A DNA stretch of 64,000 nt from Fervidobacterium sp. UBA5837. GTDB lineage: Bacteria; Thermotogota; Thermotogae; Thermotogales; Fervidobacteriaceae. This document shows positions 18,796 to 28,074 of the stretch, piece by piece. Position numbers and translations under genes: made by a program. The stretch is taken from the NCBI GenBank assembly GCA_002432805.1, contig DJGV01000001.1, forward strand, positions 100,218-164,217. The letters are read 5' to 3'. How positions within the stretch are numbered: the first letter of the stretch is position 1; each line of letters begins with the position of its first letter. The notes beneath the pieces were generated by a model, which ran no database searches, had not been told where the DNA came from, and saw only the letters and a list, made by a program, of their open reading frames with translations.

Positions 18796-18873
18796 GCACA
18801 TTCACCTCTTTTCTAAAAAGTGCTCTCTCAATTCTCATAACGTTATTGAATACTTCAGATTACTGCCAACAGA

Positions 18874-19992
18874 CTAGAACTTATCAAAATATACGTCTTT
18901 TATATTATATTTGTTGAAAACTTGTATACACCCACTTATCATGCCAGGACTCCCACACAGGTATCCTTCTTTTACGTTATCTTTTGGTATCATACTGTCC
19001 AAGTATTTTTCTAGTACGTTTGTTATCAATCCAACCTCACCACTCCAGTTATCTTCTGGTTTCGGGTCAGAGAGTGCAGGAACGAAATGAAAATTGGGCC
19101 ATTTTCTTTCTAGATCTCTAAAAAGCTCAACATAATAAAGGTCTCTTGCAGATCTTGCCCCGAAGAAGAACCAAACTCGCCTGTTTGTAATATCTCTTTC
19201 ATACATATCAAAGATTATCGATTTGATAGGTGCCATACCACTTCCGCCTGCGACCATGACCATGTCGGCATTGGTGTCTCTCATATAAAATTCACCAAAT
19301 GGACCCACGAGTTCAGCTGCATCTCCTTCTTTCATATAATTATGCACGTAGGTTGTGACTATACCGTTTGGTACCAATCTTATGAGCAACTCCACGTGAT
19401 TTTTGTCACTCGGTACGGAGGATATCGAATAAGCTCTTTGCATGTGTTCCTTGATATCGCCATATGGTGGAATGACTATCTGAACGTATTGACCAGCTTT
19501 GAATGAAATTTCGTTTGGTTCGATGAGTTTGATACGCAATTCCTTTATATCGTACGTGACATTTTTCAAACTTTCTACGACTCCTTTATACTTCCTTATG
19601 TTGAACAATTCCTCTGGTAATTCTATTTTGATACCACTTTTGACCTTAACTTGACAAGCAAGCCTAACGTTCTTTGAAATATCCTCACTGGACATATGTG
19701 GCATCTCGGTGGGAAGATATGGACCAACGTCCGATAATACTTTCACCTTGCAAGCACCACATGTACCTCTTCCACCACAAGCAGAAGCGACGAATATACC
19801 TTGCGATGCAAGAGTTTGCAAAAGAGGAGAGCCACCTTTAACCTTCAATACCTTTTTCCCATTGTTTATATCTATTTCTACATCCCCATAGTTATTCACC
19901 ATGCTATCCACTATCGTTATGATGATTGCAAACGCGGTACTTATTGCTGCTATCACAAGTGGATCCATCAAAACTCTTATCATCACCATCAC
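18874..19992 (-). CDS. nqrF: NqrF-like NADH:acceptor oxidoreductase subunit (TM helix + 2Fe-2S ferredoxin + FAD/NAD(P)-binding domains)
   Basis: TM LVIAAISTAFAIIITIV. Motifs CGGRGTCGACKVKV...RLACQV, FAD motif RAYSISS, GGSGMAP, CGSPGM. The start may be the ATG at 19986. Confidence 0.88.
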   Translation of the reverse strand: MMVMIRVLMDPLVIAAISTAFAIIITIVDSMVNNYGDVEIDINNGKKVLKVKGGSPLLQTLASQGIFVASACGGRGTCGACKVKVLSDVGPYLPTEMPHMSSEDISKNVRLACQVKVKSGIKIELPEELFNIRKYKGVVESLKNVTYDIKELRIKLIEPNEISFKAGQYVQIVIPPYGDIKEHMQRAYSISSVPSDKNHVELLIRLVPNGIVTTYVHNYMKEGDAAELVGPFGEFYMRDTNADMVMVAGGSGMAPIKSIIFDMYERDITNRRVWFFFGARSARDLYYVELFRDLERKWPNFHFVPALSDPKPEDNWSGEVGLITNVLEKYLDSMIPKDNVKEGYLCGSPGMISGCIQVFNKYNIKDVYFDKF

Positions 19993-19999
19993 CTCTCCC

Positions 20000-20596
20000 T
20001 CACTGGACGTTTATCATTCCAGCGAAACCAACGAAAGCCATAGCCATTATTCCGATCGTTATCAATGTTATACCGATTCCCTTGAGAGGTGCGGGTACAG
20101 GTGCATTATCAGTCTTCTTCCTTATTCCTGCAAGCAGAACTATAGCAAGCCACCATCCCAATCCGCTTCCAAGACCAAAAAATACGGATTGGAGAAACGT
20201 ATAGTTACGAAGCTGCATAAAAAGTGCAACGCCAAATATCGCACAATTCACAGTAATGAGCGGTAAGAATATACCGAGTACGATGTAGAGATTTGGAGAG
20301 ACTCTGTCTATTATCATTTCGAGCATCTGAACGACTGCTGCAATGACTATGATGTACAGTATGTATCTCAAGTATCCTAAATTGAGTGGCTGTATGAGGT
20401 ATTTCTCCAACATCCAATTTATGGCTGTCGTTATCGTTATGACCAATGTGACTGCCATCCCCAGGCCATTTGAAGATTTCAAGTCCTTCGATATGGATAT
20501 GAAAGAACAAGTACCTAAAAAATTTGTCAGCAATATGTTACTCGTGAAGATCGAAGCAAAAAGCAATACAAGTGGATTGATTGCCGGTGCACTCAT
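20000..20596 (-). CDS. rnfA: Rnf/Nqr membrane subunit (RnfA / NqrE type)
   Basis: NILLTNFLGTCSFISIS and ITVNCAIFGVALF conserved Cys motifs. 198 aa, polytopic. Confidence 0.88.
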   Translation of the reverse strand: MSAPAINPLVLLFASIFTSNILLTNFLGTCSFISISKDLKSSNGLGMAVTLVITITTAINWMLEKYLIQPLNLGYLRYILYIIVIAAVVQMLEMIIDRVSPNLYIVLGIFLPLITVNCAIFGVALFMQLRNYTFLQSVFFGLGSGLGWWLAIVLLAGIRKKTDNAPVPAPLKGIGITLITIGIMAMAFVGFAGMINVQ

Positions 20597-21237
20597 TTGT
20601 TGGCACCTCCCGTCTGAACGTTCTGTACATTTTTAGCACTGATTCTTAACTGTGCTCCTCTGATTACCCAAATGAGAATCGCTAAAACGAAAAAGGCACT
20701 TGGAGGCATGACCATGATCGTCCAATTGACAAAATTCTCTGACATCACCCGAAAACCGAGTATAGTCCCAAAACCAAGCAATTCTCTGAACAATGAAACA
20801 ACAACCAAAACCCACATGTAACCAAGTCCAGCAGTCAAACCATCCCAAAAAGAGATTAGTGGTGGATTAGCCTGGGCAAATGCTTCGGCTCTACCCATGA
20901 GTATACAATTTGTAATGATCAATCCCACATATGGGCCAAGTGCTTTGCTGACGTCAGGTACGTATGCCCTTAAAACCATATCAACGATGATAACATAAAA
21001 AGATATAACAAGTACCTGTGTGATCATCCTAACTTTTCTTGGGATGATATTCCTCATAGCAGACAAAGTCAGATTTGAGAAAGCAGTCACAAGAGAAACA
21101 CCCAACGTCATTATCAACGTGTTTGATAGCCTATTTGTGACTGCCAGGGTTGAACAGATACCCAGAATTTGGACTATAACTTGGTTTTCAGTCCAAAGAT
21201 TCTTTATAAGTACTTTCTTGTATTCGTTCATGATCAC
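20593..21237 (-). CDS. rnfE: Rnf/Nqr membrane subunit (RnfE / NqrD type)
   Basis: VQILGICSTLAVT and ITNCILMGRAEAFA motifs. 214 aa. Confidence 0.88.
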   Translation of the reverse strand: MIMNEYKKVLIKNLWTENQVIVQILGICSTLAVTNRLSNTLIMTLGVSLVTAFSNLTLSAMRNIIPRKVRMITQVLVISFYVIIVDMVLRAYVPDVSKALGPYVGLIITNCILMGRAEAFAQANPPLISFWDGLTAGLGYMWVLVVVSLFRELLGFGTILGFRVMSENFVNWTIMVMPPSAFFVLAILIWVIRGAQLRISAKNVQNVQTGGANK

Positions 21238-21842
21238 TTCACCCCCAGCACTTCACGTAATCTCACAAGTGAATCATTGACTATCTTTTCAACAGACTTT
21301 GAAGTCAACGTTGCACCAGTGACTGCATCTACTATTCCATCTTCCTTACTTCCATCTGTCTTCGTGACAGAGACACTCACCATACCATCTGATACTTTTT
21401 CATCTCTAAACTGATCCTTGAACCAATTCTCTTCTATTCTACCGCCAAGTCCTGGCGTCTCACTCTGCGAAATGAAATCGATACCTTTTATCGTACCAAG
21501 ACTTGAATCAACAGCTAATACGCCAGTTATAGTACCCCAAAGGCCACTACCAGAAAAGATCAACGCGTAAATTTCTTCTCCATCAGAATTTGTTTTGTAT
21601 ATCTCGTACTTATCATTTTCAACCTTCTGTACATCGTTACGAAATTTATCCAAGGCTTCATCATCCGACAAATATGATATATCCATAGCATTCAAAATAG
21701 CCTTAACCTTAAAGAGTTCCTGATTCTTTTTCACGGTTGGCTCCGTCGCATTGTTTATCAGTGAGAGTACTATAACAAACGCAAATGTGATGATGAAGGT
21801 GAATACAATTGTATAAAACCTATTTTCTCTGTCGATCTTCAT
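21234..21842 (-). CDS. rnfG: Rnf/Nqr FMN-binding subunit (RnfG / NqrC type)
   Basis: N-terminal TM anchor. FMN attachment motif VDAVTGATLTSKSV. At 202 aa it is RnfG-sized. Confidence 0.85.
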   Translation of the reverse strand: MKIDRENRFYTIVFTFIITFAFVIVLSLINNATEPTVKKNQELFKVKAILNAMDISYLSDDEALDKFRNDVQKVENDKYEIYKTNSDGEEIYALIFSGSGLWGTITGVLAVDSSLGTIKGIDFISQSETPGLGGRIEENWFKDQFRDEKVSDGMVSVSVTKTDGSKEDGIVDAVTGATLTSKSVEKIVNDSLVRLREVLGVK

Positions 21843-22783
21843 ACTCCCACCTTCTTTGCTTGGGCATTCTCCAGCTTTTTCGATTTTTTATCCTTTATGA
21901 ATTCATCTAGCAAAGGTGCGAAGATATTTCCAAGCAATATTGCAAAGCTCCAGCCCTCTGAAAACAAAGAAAAAGTCCTTATAACAACCCCAGAAACACC
22001 TATTATCATACCGTAGTACCACTGGGATGCCATCTTCTTTGGTGCAGATATTGGATCAGTTGCCATGAAAACAGAAATAAAGAACAAGCTTCCAGAGAGT
22101 ATCGCTGGCAGTGTGGGAAGTGCCTTTGACACATTGAAAATGTCGAAAAGAAATGTCATTATAGTTGCTGAAGATAGTGTTGATAAGATGATTCGCCAAC
22201 TTGCGGTCTTAGTAGCAATCAAATAAATTGCTGCAAGTATTATTAAGAATATCGGTCCTTCTCCAATTGATCCGCTTCTCCATCCGAAAAACAGATTTGA
22301 AAGACTGATCTGACTGTTCTGTCTAAGCAATTCTAAAGGTGTAGCACTTGAAACAACATCCGTTCCAAAAAGAGACGGTGATAACCATCCCTTTGTCATG
22401 AAAAGGGGGAATGTAATGTAAACAAAAAGCCTGCCAGTTATCGCTGGGTTAAACACATTTCTACCAAATCCACCATATGCTTCTTTTCCAAGTGCTACTG
22501 CAAAGACCGTTGCAACAACTGCTATCCAAATTGGGACGTCTGGAGGCATTGAGAGTGTCAATAGCATGCAAGTGACAAGTACTGCCTCACTTACTGGTTT
22601 CCTCTTCCTAGATTCAAAGAGCCACTCCATGAAGATGCCCACAGCAAAAATGAAAAGACTGAGTAGCAGTACGTTTAGTCCGTATGCAAAGATGGAGAAT
22701 ATGTAGATCGGAATTAATGCGAATATCACCCTTCTCATCATCGGCTGTTTCTGAAAAGAAATACGTAGCTTTCCATCACTCAC
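21839..22783 (-). CDS. rnfD: Rnf/Nqr membrane subunit (RnfD / NqrB type)
   Basis: GTG 6 nt after AAGGGGGAG. Motifs GRNVFNPA, DVVSSATPLE (FMN site), FMATDPISAP. At 314 aa it is RnfD-sized. Confidence 0.88.
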   Translation of the reverse strand: MSDGKLRISFQKQPMMRRVIFALIPIYIFSIFAYGLNVLLLSLFIFAVGIFMEWLFESRKRKPVSEAVLVTCMLLTLSMPPDVPIWIAVVATVFAVALGKEAYGGFGRNVFNPAITGRLFVYITFPLFMTKGWLSPSLFGTDVVSSATPLELLRQNSQISLSNLFFGWRSGSIGEGPIFLIILAAIYLIATKTASWRIILSTLSSATIMTFLFDIFNVSKALPTLPAILSGSLFFISVFMATDPISAPKKMASQWYYGMIIGVSGVVIRTFSLFSEGWSFAILLGNIFAPLLDEFIKDKKSKKLENAQAKKVGV

Positions 22784-23071
22784 AAACTCTCCCCCTTTCT
22801 GACGTTCGTATTCTTACGCTCGTGATTTGGTATGGTCATCATTTTCCGATGAGGATGCTGCACATTGTACAACAACAGTCCCAATTCAAGATTATACCAT
22901 AACTCTAGCTAGAAAATGCAACTTCACACATTTTTCCAATTTGATGAATTTGATAAAAGAGTAGATAAAAGAATAATGAAAAGAGCCACTGCCTCTTTAC
23001 ATATACAAAAGAGCATTCTTGAAAACATCAATTCTTACTAGTTACAATGCATGATTTTATGGTCATTTCAA

Positions 23072-23100
23072 TTGATTTTTCCTTGAAATTATGATACAAT
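23072..23100 (+). promoter_or_regulatory. Sigma-A-type promoter TTGATT-N17-TACAAT (TG-extended -10)
   Basis: ttgatt at 23072-23077, 17-nt spacer ending in tga, tacaat at 23095-23100. About 65 nt upstream of the ATG at 23167. Confidence 0.5.
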
Positions 23101-23166
23101 TTAAAGAATTACGGTCTATCATTCCAATAACACACATGTCAATAACACAAAAAAGGAGGCATTGTT

Positions 23167-23544
23167 ATGGAGTCAGAAGGTCTACGCAACTTATTGGGAG
23201 AACTTTCAGCGTTTTTGCTTGTACTGCAATTTGCGTTATTTGTTTTCAGAAGGATATTGATACGTTCCAAAAACAAGTCACAAGGACTCGTAAAGTTCGT
23301 TAAATTTTTGAAGCCATTACACATTTATACTGGCATAGCGCTTGTTATAGTTGCCTTGACACATGGTATACTGGAACTTAACTGGATGAGGATTGGCACT
23401 GGTTGGATATTGTGGTCAGGTATTGTTGTGGCTTTCATACTTTATTTGTTCCGAAAGAGGCTTGGAAATGCATGGGTACGTTATCATAGAACGTTAGCGT
23501 TCATATTGATCGCTTTGTTAATACTGCATTTGATCATACAGTGA
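23167..23544 (+). CDS. Small four-TM membrane protein with two H-x13-H motifs (candidate di-heme cytochrome b-like protein)
   Basis: AGGAGG RBS. Predicted TM1 13-32, TM2 50-70 (H52, H66), TM3 79-95, TM4 107-124 (H107, H121). Confidence 0.7.
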   Translation: MESEGLRNLLGELSAFLLVLQFALFVFRRILIRSKNKSQGLVKFVKFLKPLHIYTGIALVIVALTHGILELNWMRIGTGWILWSGIVVAFILYLFRKRLGNAWVRYHRTLAFILIALLILHLIIQ

Positions 23545-23680
23545 ATGATAGTAATTAGCAATTGATTAACAATCCAAAGGTGTTGAAGGCCATAGATACT
23601 TATACTAATCCTCATCACTATTGTTCATTCGAAATTCGTGCTATAATTGTTTTAGTTTATTGAAAGGATTGGTACATTGT

Positions 23681-24325
23681 ATGGTTGACAAAGAAAACAT
23701 AGAAAGATATACGATGGGTGAGGAGATAGCAAATTCTGTTACGCATGGTGTTGGAGCATTGTTGAGCATTGCAGGGTTAGTTCTACTGATTGTATTTTCC
23801 GCTTTCACTGCAAATAGCTTGACGATAACATCTTTTACAATTTACGGTGCCTCTTTATTCTTGCTTTATCTTATTTCAACACTTTATCATGCAATCCAAC
23901 ATAAAAAGACAAAATTTATTTTCGAAATCATGGACCATTCGGCAATTTACCTGTTAATTGCTGGAACTTATACACCATTTTGTCTGGTGTCTCTAAAAGG
24001 CGTACTTGGTTGGACTATCTTTGGTATAGTTTGGGGATGTGCTGTTTTAGGTATCGTCTTCAAGATCTTTTTTGTCAAGAAATTCATGTTCCTTTCCACA
24101 CTGATGTACATACTAATGGGATGGATGGTTGTTTTTGCACTAAAATCGCTAATTGCTGCAACATCCAAGCAAACGATTATTTTCCTAGTTATTGGTGGAC
24201 TCTTCTACACATTTGGTGCGATTTTTTATGTCTGGAGAAAGGTGAAATATCATCACATGGTGTGGCATCTTTTTGTCTTGGCTGGGAGCGTGTTTCATTA
24301 CTTTTCAGTTTTGAGCATACTTTGA
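23681..24325 (+). CDS. Hemolysin III / PAQR family membrane protein
   Basis: EEIANSVTHGVGALL, YHAIQH, DHSAIYLLIAGTYTPF, HMVWHLFVLAGSVFHY. Confidence 0.88.
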   Translation: MVDKENIERYTMGEEIANSVTHGVGALLSIAGLVLLIVFSAFTANSLTITSFTIYGASLFLLYLISTLYHAIQHKKTKFIFEIMDHSAIYLLIAGTYTPFCLVSLKGVLGWTIFGIVWGCAVLGIVFKIFFVKKFMFLSTLMYILMGWMVVFALKSLIAATSKQTIIFLVIGGLFYTFGAIFYVWRKVKYHHMVWHLFVLAGSVFHYFSVLSIL

Positions 24326-24373
24326 AGAACATTCTTAAGAATTTCAAGAATCTTAGAATATTGTACATACAAA

Positions 24374-24417
24374 AACCCCTCACGCGAAAGAACTTGTGGG
24401 GGGTTGATTTTTTTAAA
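24374..24417. terminator. Rho-independent terminator between convergent genes
   Basis: aacccctcac (12-nt loop) gtggggggtt followed by gattttttt. Confidence 0.7.
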
Positions 24418-24429
24418 TTCTTAATGAAC

Positions 24430-25296
24430 TTACAATTTTCTGCACATTTCGTATTGTGATAGTACCGTCCTGAATCCTACATTGCGAAGTACTTCGTACA
24501 TTGCATCGTTCTCAGGTGCAGCAACGATACTTATCAATTTAGCACCGGTCTGTGCCACTATATATTCAACTGCAGCTTTAACAACATTTTCCAAATTTTC
24601 CAATGCACCGGACATTATACCAAGATCAACTATGAAAGCTGATTCTTTACCACTCTTTCCCCAAACAAAGTATCCTTCCTCGCTATTTATATTAACACGT
24701 ACATAGTTGTATCTTCCATTTGCCAAAAGGAGGCTGATAGGTTCTCTTTGCCAATTTGGATGCCTTTGTTGTTGAATTTCGAAATTGAGAGCCATTGGAT
24801 AAACAACCTTAGAATCGCTAACGATGTAAGAATAATTTCCCCCATTAGTGACTATCCTCTCCGGATTGTCCAGTATCATTGTATGGAGATTTCTGACGAT
24901 TCTGTATCCGTTTTTATCATAAAACCTCACGGCTCTTTCATCTATAGATGCAACTTCCAATAAGATTTCCTCTATGTTTTTCATCTTTAGATGGTAATGA
25001 GAATGTTTCAAAATACGTTCTGCAAGTCCCTTACCCCTCTCACTTTCCACAACTCCCATCGCATCTATTCTGGCCCTGTTTCTCCTTAGTGCATTTAGAA
25101 TAAAACCACGGGGCTCACCGTTATTTAAGAAAACAAATGAGTCATTCAGAGATACAGAATTCTCGCGTGCATCCATTTTGAATGTTAATACACTCCAATC
25201 TATTGGAACAACGTAGTCAGAGAAGATTTTATTCACCAATTCGACGAAATCTATCAGTGAGTATTCAGATAGGACTACTATCTTTTCATCACTCAT
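24430..25296 (-). CDS. GNAT-family N-acetyltransferase (two-lobed, 288 aa)
   Basis: GVVESERGKGLAERIL (R/Q-x-x-G-x-G/A acetyl-CoA motif) and FYDKNGYR. Confidence 0.75.
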   Translation of the reverse strand: MSDEKIVVLSEYSLIDFVELVNKIFSDYVVPIDWSVLTFKMDARENSVSLNDSFVFLNNGEPRGFILNALRRNRARIDAMGVVESERGKGLAERILKHSHYHLKMKNIEEILLEVASIDERAVRFYDKNGYRIVRNLHTMILDNPERIVTNGGNYSYIVSDSKVVYPMALNFEIQQQRHPNWQREPISLLLANGRYNYVRVNINSEEGYFVWGKSGKESAFIVDLGIMSGALENLENVVKAAVEYIVAQTGAKLISIVAAPENDAMYEVLRNVGFRTVLSQYEMCRKL

Positions 25297-25332
25297 ATCG
25301 ATTCCTCCTAAAAGAGAATAGATTTATGAATA

Positions 25333-25668
25333 TTATTCTGACAATGCTTTGAGTATGCCGGCAACTAAATTTTCATCTAAGATGCCTATGGCAGACACCC
25401 TTTCTCTTCCTATTGCTTTAGACAATTCAGATTTGTTAAAACTTTCTATACACGTTACATTATTCATCTCACATCTTATTTTCAAATCTCTCTTCACTCT
25501 ATCACCAGCATCTTTTGCAACAATGATTACTTTACTCTTTATTTTTGGGTTAGTAATGTATTCTCTAAGCATGTCTTTTCCCATGACAAAGCTTTTGGAT
25601 CTTGCTGCAAAGCCTAAGTAAGTCAATATCTTTTCATTGCTTTGCACTCTTTCACTTTTTTCAGACAT
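25333..25668 (-). CDS. L7Ae/L30e/Gadd45-family RNA-binding protein (YlxQ-like)
   Basis: LGFAARSKSFVMGKDMLREYI...VIIVAKDAG. About 110 aa. Confidence 0.7.
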   Translation of the reverse strand: MSEKSERVQSNEKILTYLGFAARSKSFVMGKDMLREYITNPKIKSKVIIVAKDAGDRVKRDLKIRCEMNNVTCIESFNKSELSKAIGRERVSAIGILDENLVAGILKALSE

Positions 25669-25711
25669 CTTTTCACCTCATGTAATACAACTTTCTGTAC
25701 TATTACAGCTA

Positions 25712-26509
25712 TTATATCGATTCTATCTTATCTGACATTTCTTTGCTCAATACGCATGCATATGCGTTGTGCAAATGAATGGATTCATCACTTTCTACTT
25801 CTACCTTGTACCACTCAATTTTACCATAATTACTAAGTTTTAGTGCTACATCTCGTGCAACATCTTCGACAAATTTAGGATTATCATATGCTAACTCAGT
25901 TACGAACTTTTCATCTGGCCTTTTTAGCAACGTGTATATCGGAGCACTCGCACTACTCTCGATAATATCTATAATATCTTCGATCCATATCATCTCTTTG
26001 CTCTGAAAAGTAACAGTACAAAACGCTCTTTGATTATGAGCACCTCTATCACTAATTTCCTTTGAACATGGACACAAAGTATGAATTGGTGCTGTTACAA
26101 CAACTTGAAAGTCAAAATCATCTTCGTACATCTCTGCATTAAAGGCACAATGATATTCGAGATAACTTTCGATTCCTGTAACCGGAGCTTTTTTAGATAT
26201 GAAATATGGAAACTCTATCTCTATGACTGCCCTAGTTGCGTTGAGACTATCCCTTAATCTTTCCAGTATTTCCTTTATCCTTCTTGGATTGATTTCTAGA
26301 TGATATTCGTTTAATACTTCTATAAACCTACTCATATGAGTACCGCGATAATTTCTTGGTAAATCAACATACATATTGACGGAAGATATTGTCGATTGTG
26401 TTCCTTTTCGCTTATCTAAAACAACTATTGGATATTTTACTCCTTTTACACCAACGCGATGCAAATATATATTCCTATGGTCATACTGACTTTGAACATC
26501 TTTCAACAT
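25712..26509 (-). CDS. folE2: GTP cyclohydrolase IB (FolE2/MptA family)
   Basis: DVQSQYDHRNIYLHRVGVKGVKYPI, RGTHMSRFIEVL, HTLCPCSKEIS..GAHNQR. Confidence 0.9.
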   Translation of the reverse strand: MLKDVQSQYDHRNIYLHRVGVKGVKYPIVVLDKRKGTQSTISSVNMYVDLPRNYRGTHMSRFIEVLNEYHLEINPRRIKEILERLRDSLNATRAVIEIEFPYFISKKAPVTGIESYLEYHCAFNAEMYEDDFDFQVVVTAPIHTLCPCSKEISDRGAHNQRAFCTVTFQSKEMIWIEDIIDIIESSASAPIYTLLKRPDEKFVTELAYDNPKFVEDVARDVALKLSNYGKIEWYKVEVESDESIHLHNAYACVLSKEMSDKIESI

Positions 26510-26548
26510 ACGTACCTCCGCATTGATAACCGTTATTCGGTATTCTAC

Positions 26549-27076
26549 TCAGACTTCCATTTGTGATAATATACTTTCGACTTGCTTTTTCACGTCACCC
26601 GTTGATAAATCTTTCAGTAATAATAGTGCTTCTTTGCGATATATCGAATATTGGAAACTCTGGATGAAAGCAGACAGGAAAAGCTTAGAACTCTCAACCT
26701 CACCTATCTTGTACAGAGACATTCCAAGGTAGAAGTATATTTCATCCATCCAAGGATTGTCAACATCCTTTATCTCGCGTAACAACACAGAAGCATCGGC
26801 ATAATTCCCTCTTCTATATGCGTCTTTTGCACTATCAAGTTTCGATCTTACGTCAGATAATAGTTTTTTCGATATCAACCAATCCAATTCCTTCAGATTA
26901 TTGTCTTTCACATATTTAGAAAAATCATCACTACCCGAAACGTAAAGTTCATATGCCTTTGTAAGCTTTCTAAGATTCTCCACGTCAGTTGTTAATTTTA
27001 CGTTGTACATGTAGGTAATTAAGAAAAGAAATGCAAATACGGTTATCAAAATAAGATAAAATCTCTCGTGCCTCAC
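26549..27076 (-). CDS. Membrane-anchored TPR-like protein
   Basis: GTG 8 nt after AGGAG. TM helix FYLILITVFAFLFLITYMY. TPR-like helices at AYRRGNYADASVLLREI...EIYFYLGMSLYKIGEVESSKLFL. Confidence 0.65.
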   Translation of the reverse strand: MRHERFYLILITVFAFLFLITYMYNVKLTTDVENLRKLTKAYELYVSGSDDFSKYVKDNNLKELDWLISKKLLSDVRSKLDSAKDAYRRGNYADASVLLREIKDVDNPWMDEIYFYLGMSLYKIGEVESSKLFLSAFIQSFQYSIYRKEALLLLKDLSTGDVKKQVESILSQMEV

Positions 27077-27103
27077 TAATCCATCTCCTCTTTCAACAGT
27101 TTA

Positions 27104-28042
27104 TCACCACTTTGCAATCATCTTGAATTGACCATCTGAAACCTGGTATAAATAAACATTTCGTTTAACACTACCGCTGTTAAAGAAAACCTTCTCCTTG
27201 CTTAACTCTACGACCGAATTATCGAGAAACCTTCTAAATTGTTCAGATGAGATGAATCTGTGGTTTTCCAATATCTCGACACACTCATCAATTAGAAACA
27301 CTTCCGGATATTCAGTGTATTCAAGTGGGTACAAGATTAACATACCTTCAGAATTCTTACCACCGAACGTTATTAAATCAGAATTCAACAATGAATCAGT
27401 ACCGATTATCCTCATTTCTGGGTTTGCCTTCCTTAATTGATTAATTATGTCAATGGCATACTTAAACGAAACCGTAAGTAATGCAGTATCATAACTACCC
27501 AAATCAAACCCACTTAGAGATTCTTGATTATAGTAATAGACACTTTGACCAGTGTAGTTGTTCAGTATAGTCTTGAATTCATCACTGTATTTAACATTTG
27601 TAGGATCTAAAACTAGTAGAATATTCCTCGAGCCAACATTTTTCAGAACTTCCATTAAACTGCTTATGTAAATACTATTCGATGGACTCAAAGAATATAT
27701 GTATCCAGAATTCAGTAAATCATCAGAAGATATAGTCGCTGAAAGAGATATCATCTTGTACTTTTTGAGATAGGGAATTATCTTCTCGCCATCAGACGAT
27801 AGTGGTGGACCAACTATTACCTTTACTCCTCTATGTGCAAATTTTCCGAAAGACTTTTTCATGTCTTCATCCACACTTACAGATACAAAAGTTAGATGCT
27901 TCTTTGACGATGAAAGATATTCATATGATGCAGTATTCAGATTGTACATATATCCGACATATTCTGAACTGTACATATACCAAACTATACCCACTGTGAA
28001 GAGTAACGCAATAACTAAAAGCAAACGTTGCACAGGCATCAC
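27104..28042 (-). CDS. Membrane-anchored type I periplasmic-binding-protein-fold protein (Leu/Ile/Val-BP / LppC-like)
   Basis: TM anchor LLLVIALLFTVGIVWYMY. Pattern VKVIVGPPLSSDGEKIIPYLKKYKMISLSAT...SRNILLVLDP...MRIIGTDSLL. No adjacent ABC transporter genes. Confidence 0.6.
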   Translation of the reverse strand: MMPVQRLLLVIALLFTVGIVWYMYSSEYVGYMYNLNTASYEYLSSSKKHLTFVSVSVDEDMKKSFGKFAHRGVKVIVGPPLSSDGEKIIPYLKKYKMISLSATISSDDLLNSGYIYSLSPSNSIYISSLMEVLKNVGSRNILLVLDPTNVKYSDEFKTILNNYTGQSVYYYNQESLSGFDLGSYDTALLTVSFKYAIDIINQLRKANPEMRIIGTDSLLNSDLITFGGKNSEGMLILYPLEYTEYPEVFLIDECVEILENHRFISSEQFRRFLDNSVVELSKEKVFFNSGSVKRNVYLYQVSDGQFKMIAKW

Positions 28043-28074
28043 CTCAAATGGCTGAAAATAATTGCTGCAATTAC

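Noticed and set aside
19709-20636. Several plus-strand ORFs (60-121 aa) opposite nqrF and rnfA
   Set aside because: They are antisense to membrane and redox subunits with clear conserved motifs. The compositions are odd (His/Tyr/Ile-rich) and there are no RBSs.
23091-23324. Two overlapping 61-70-aa ORFs around the start of the four-helix protein gene
   Set aside because: One starts inside the predicted promoter, and the other is antisense to the AGGAGG-led gene. Neither has translation signals.
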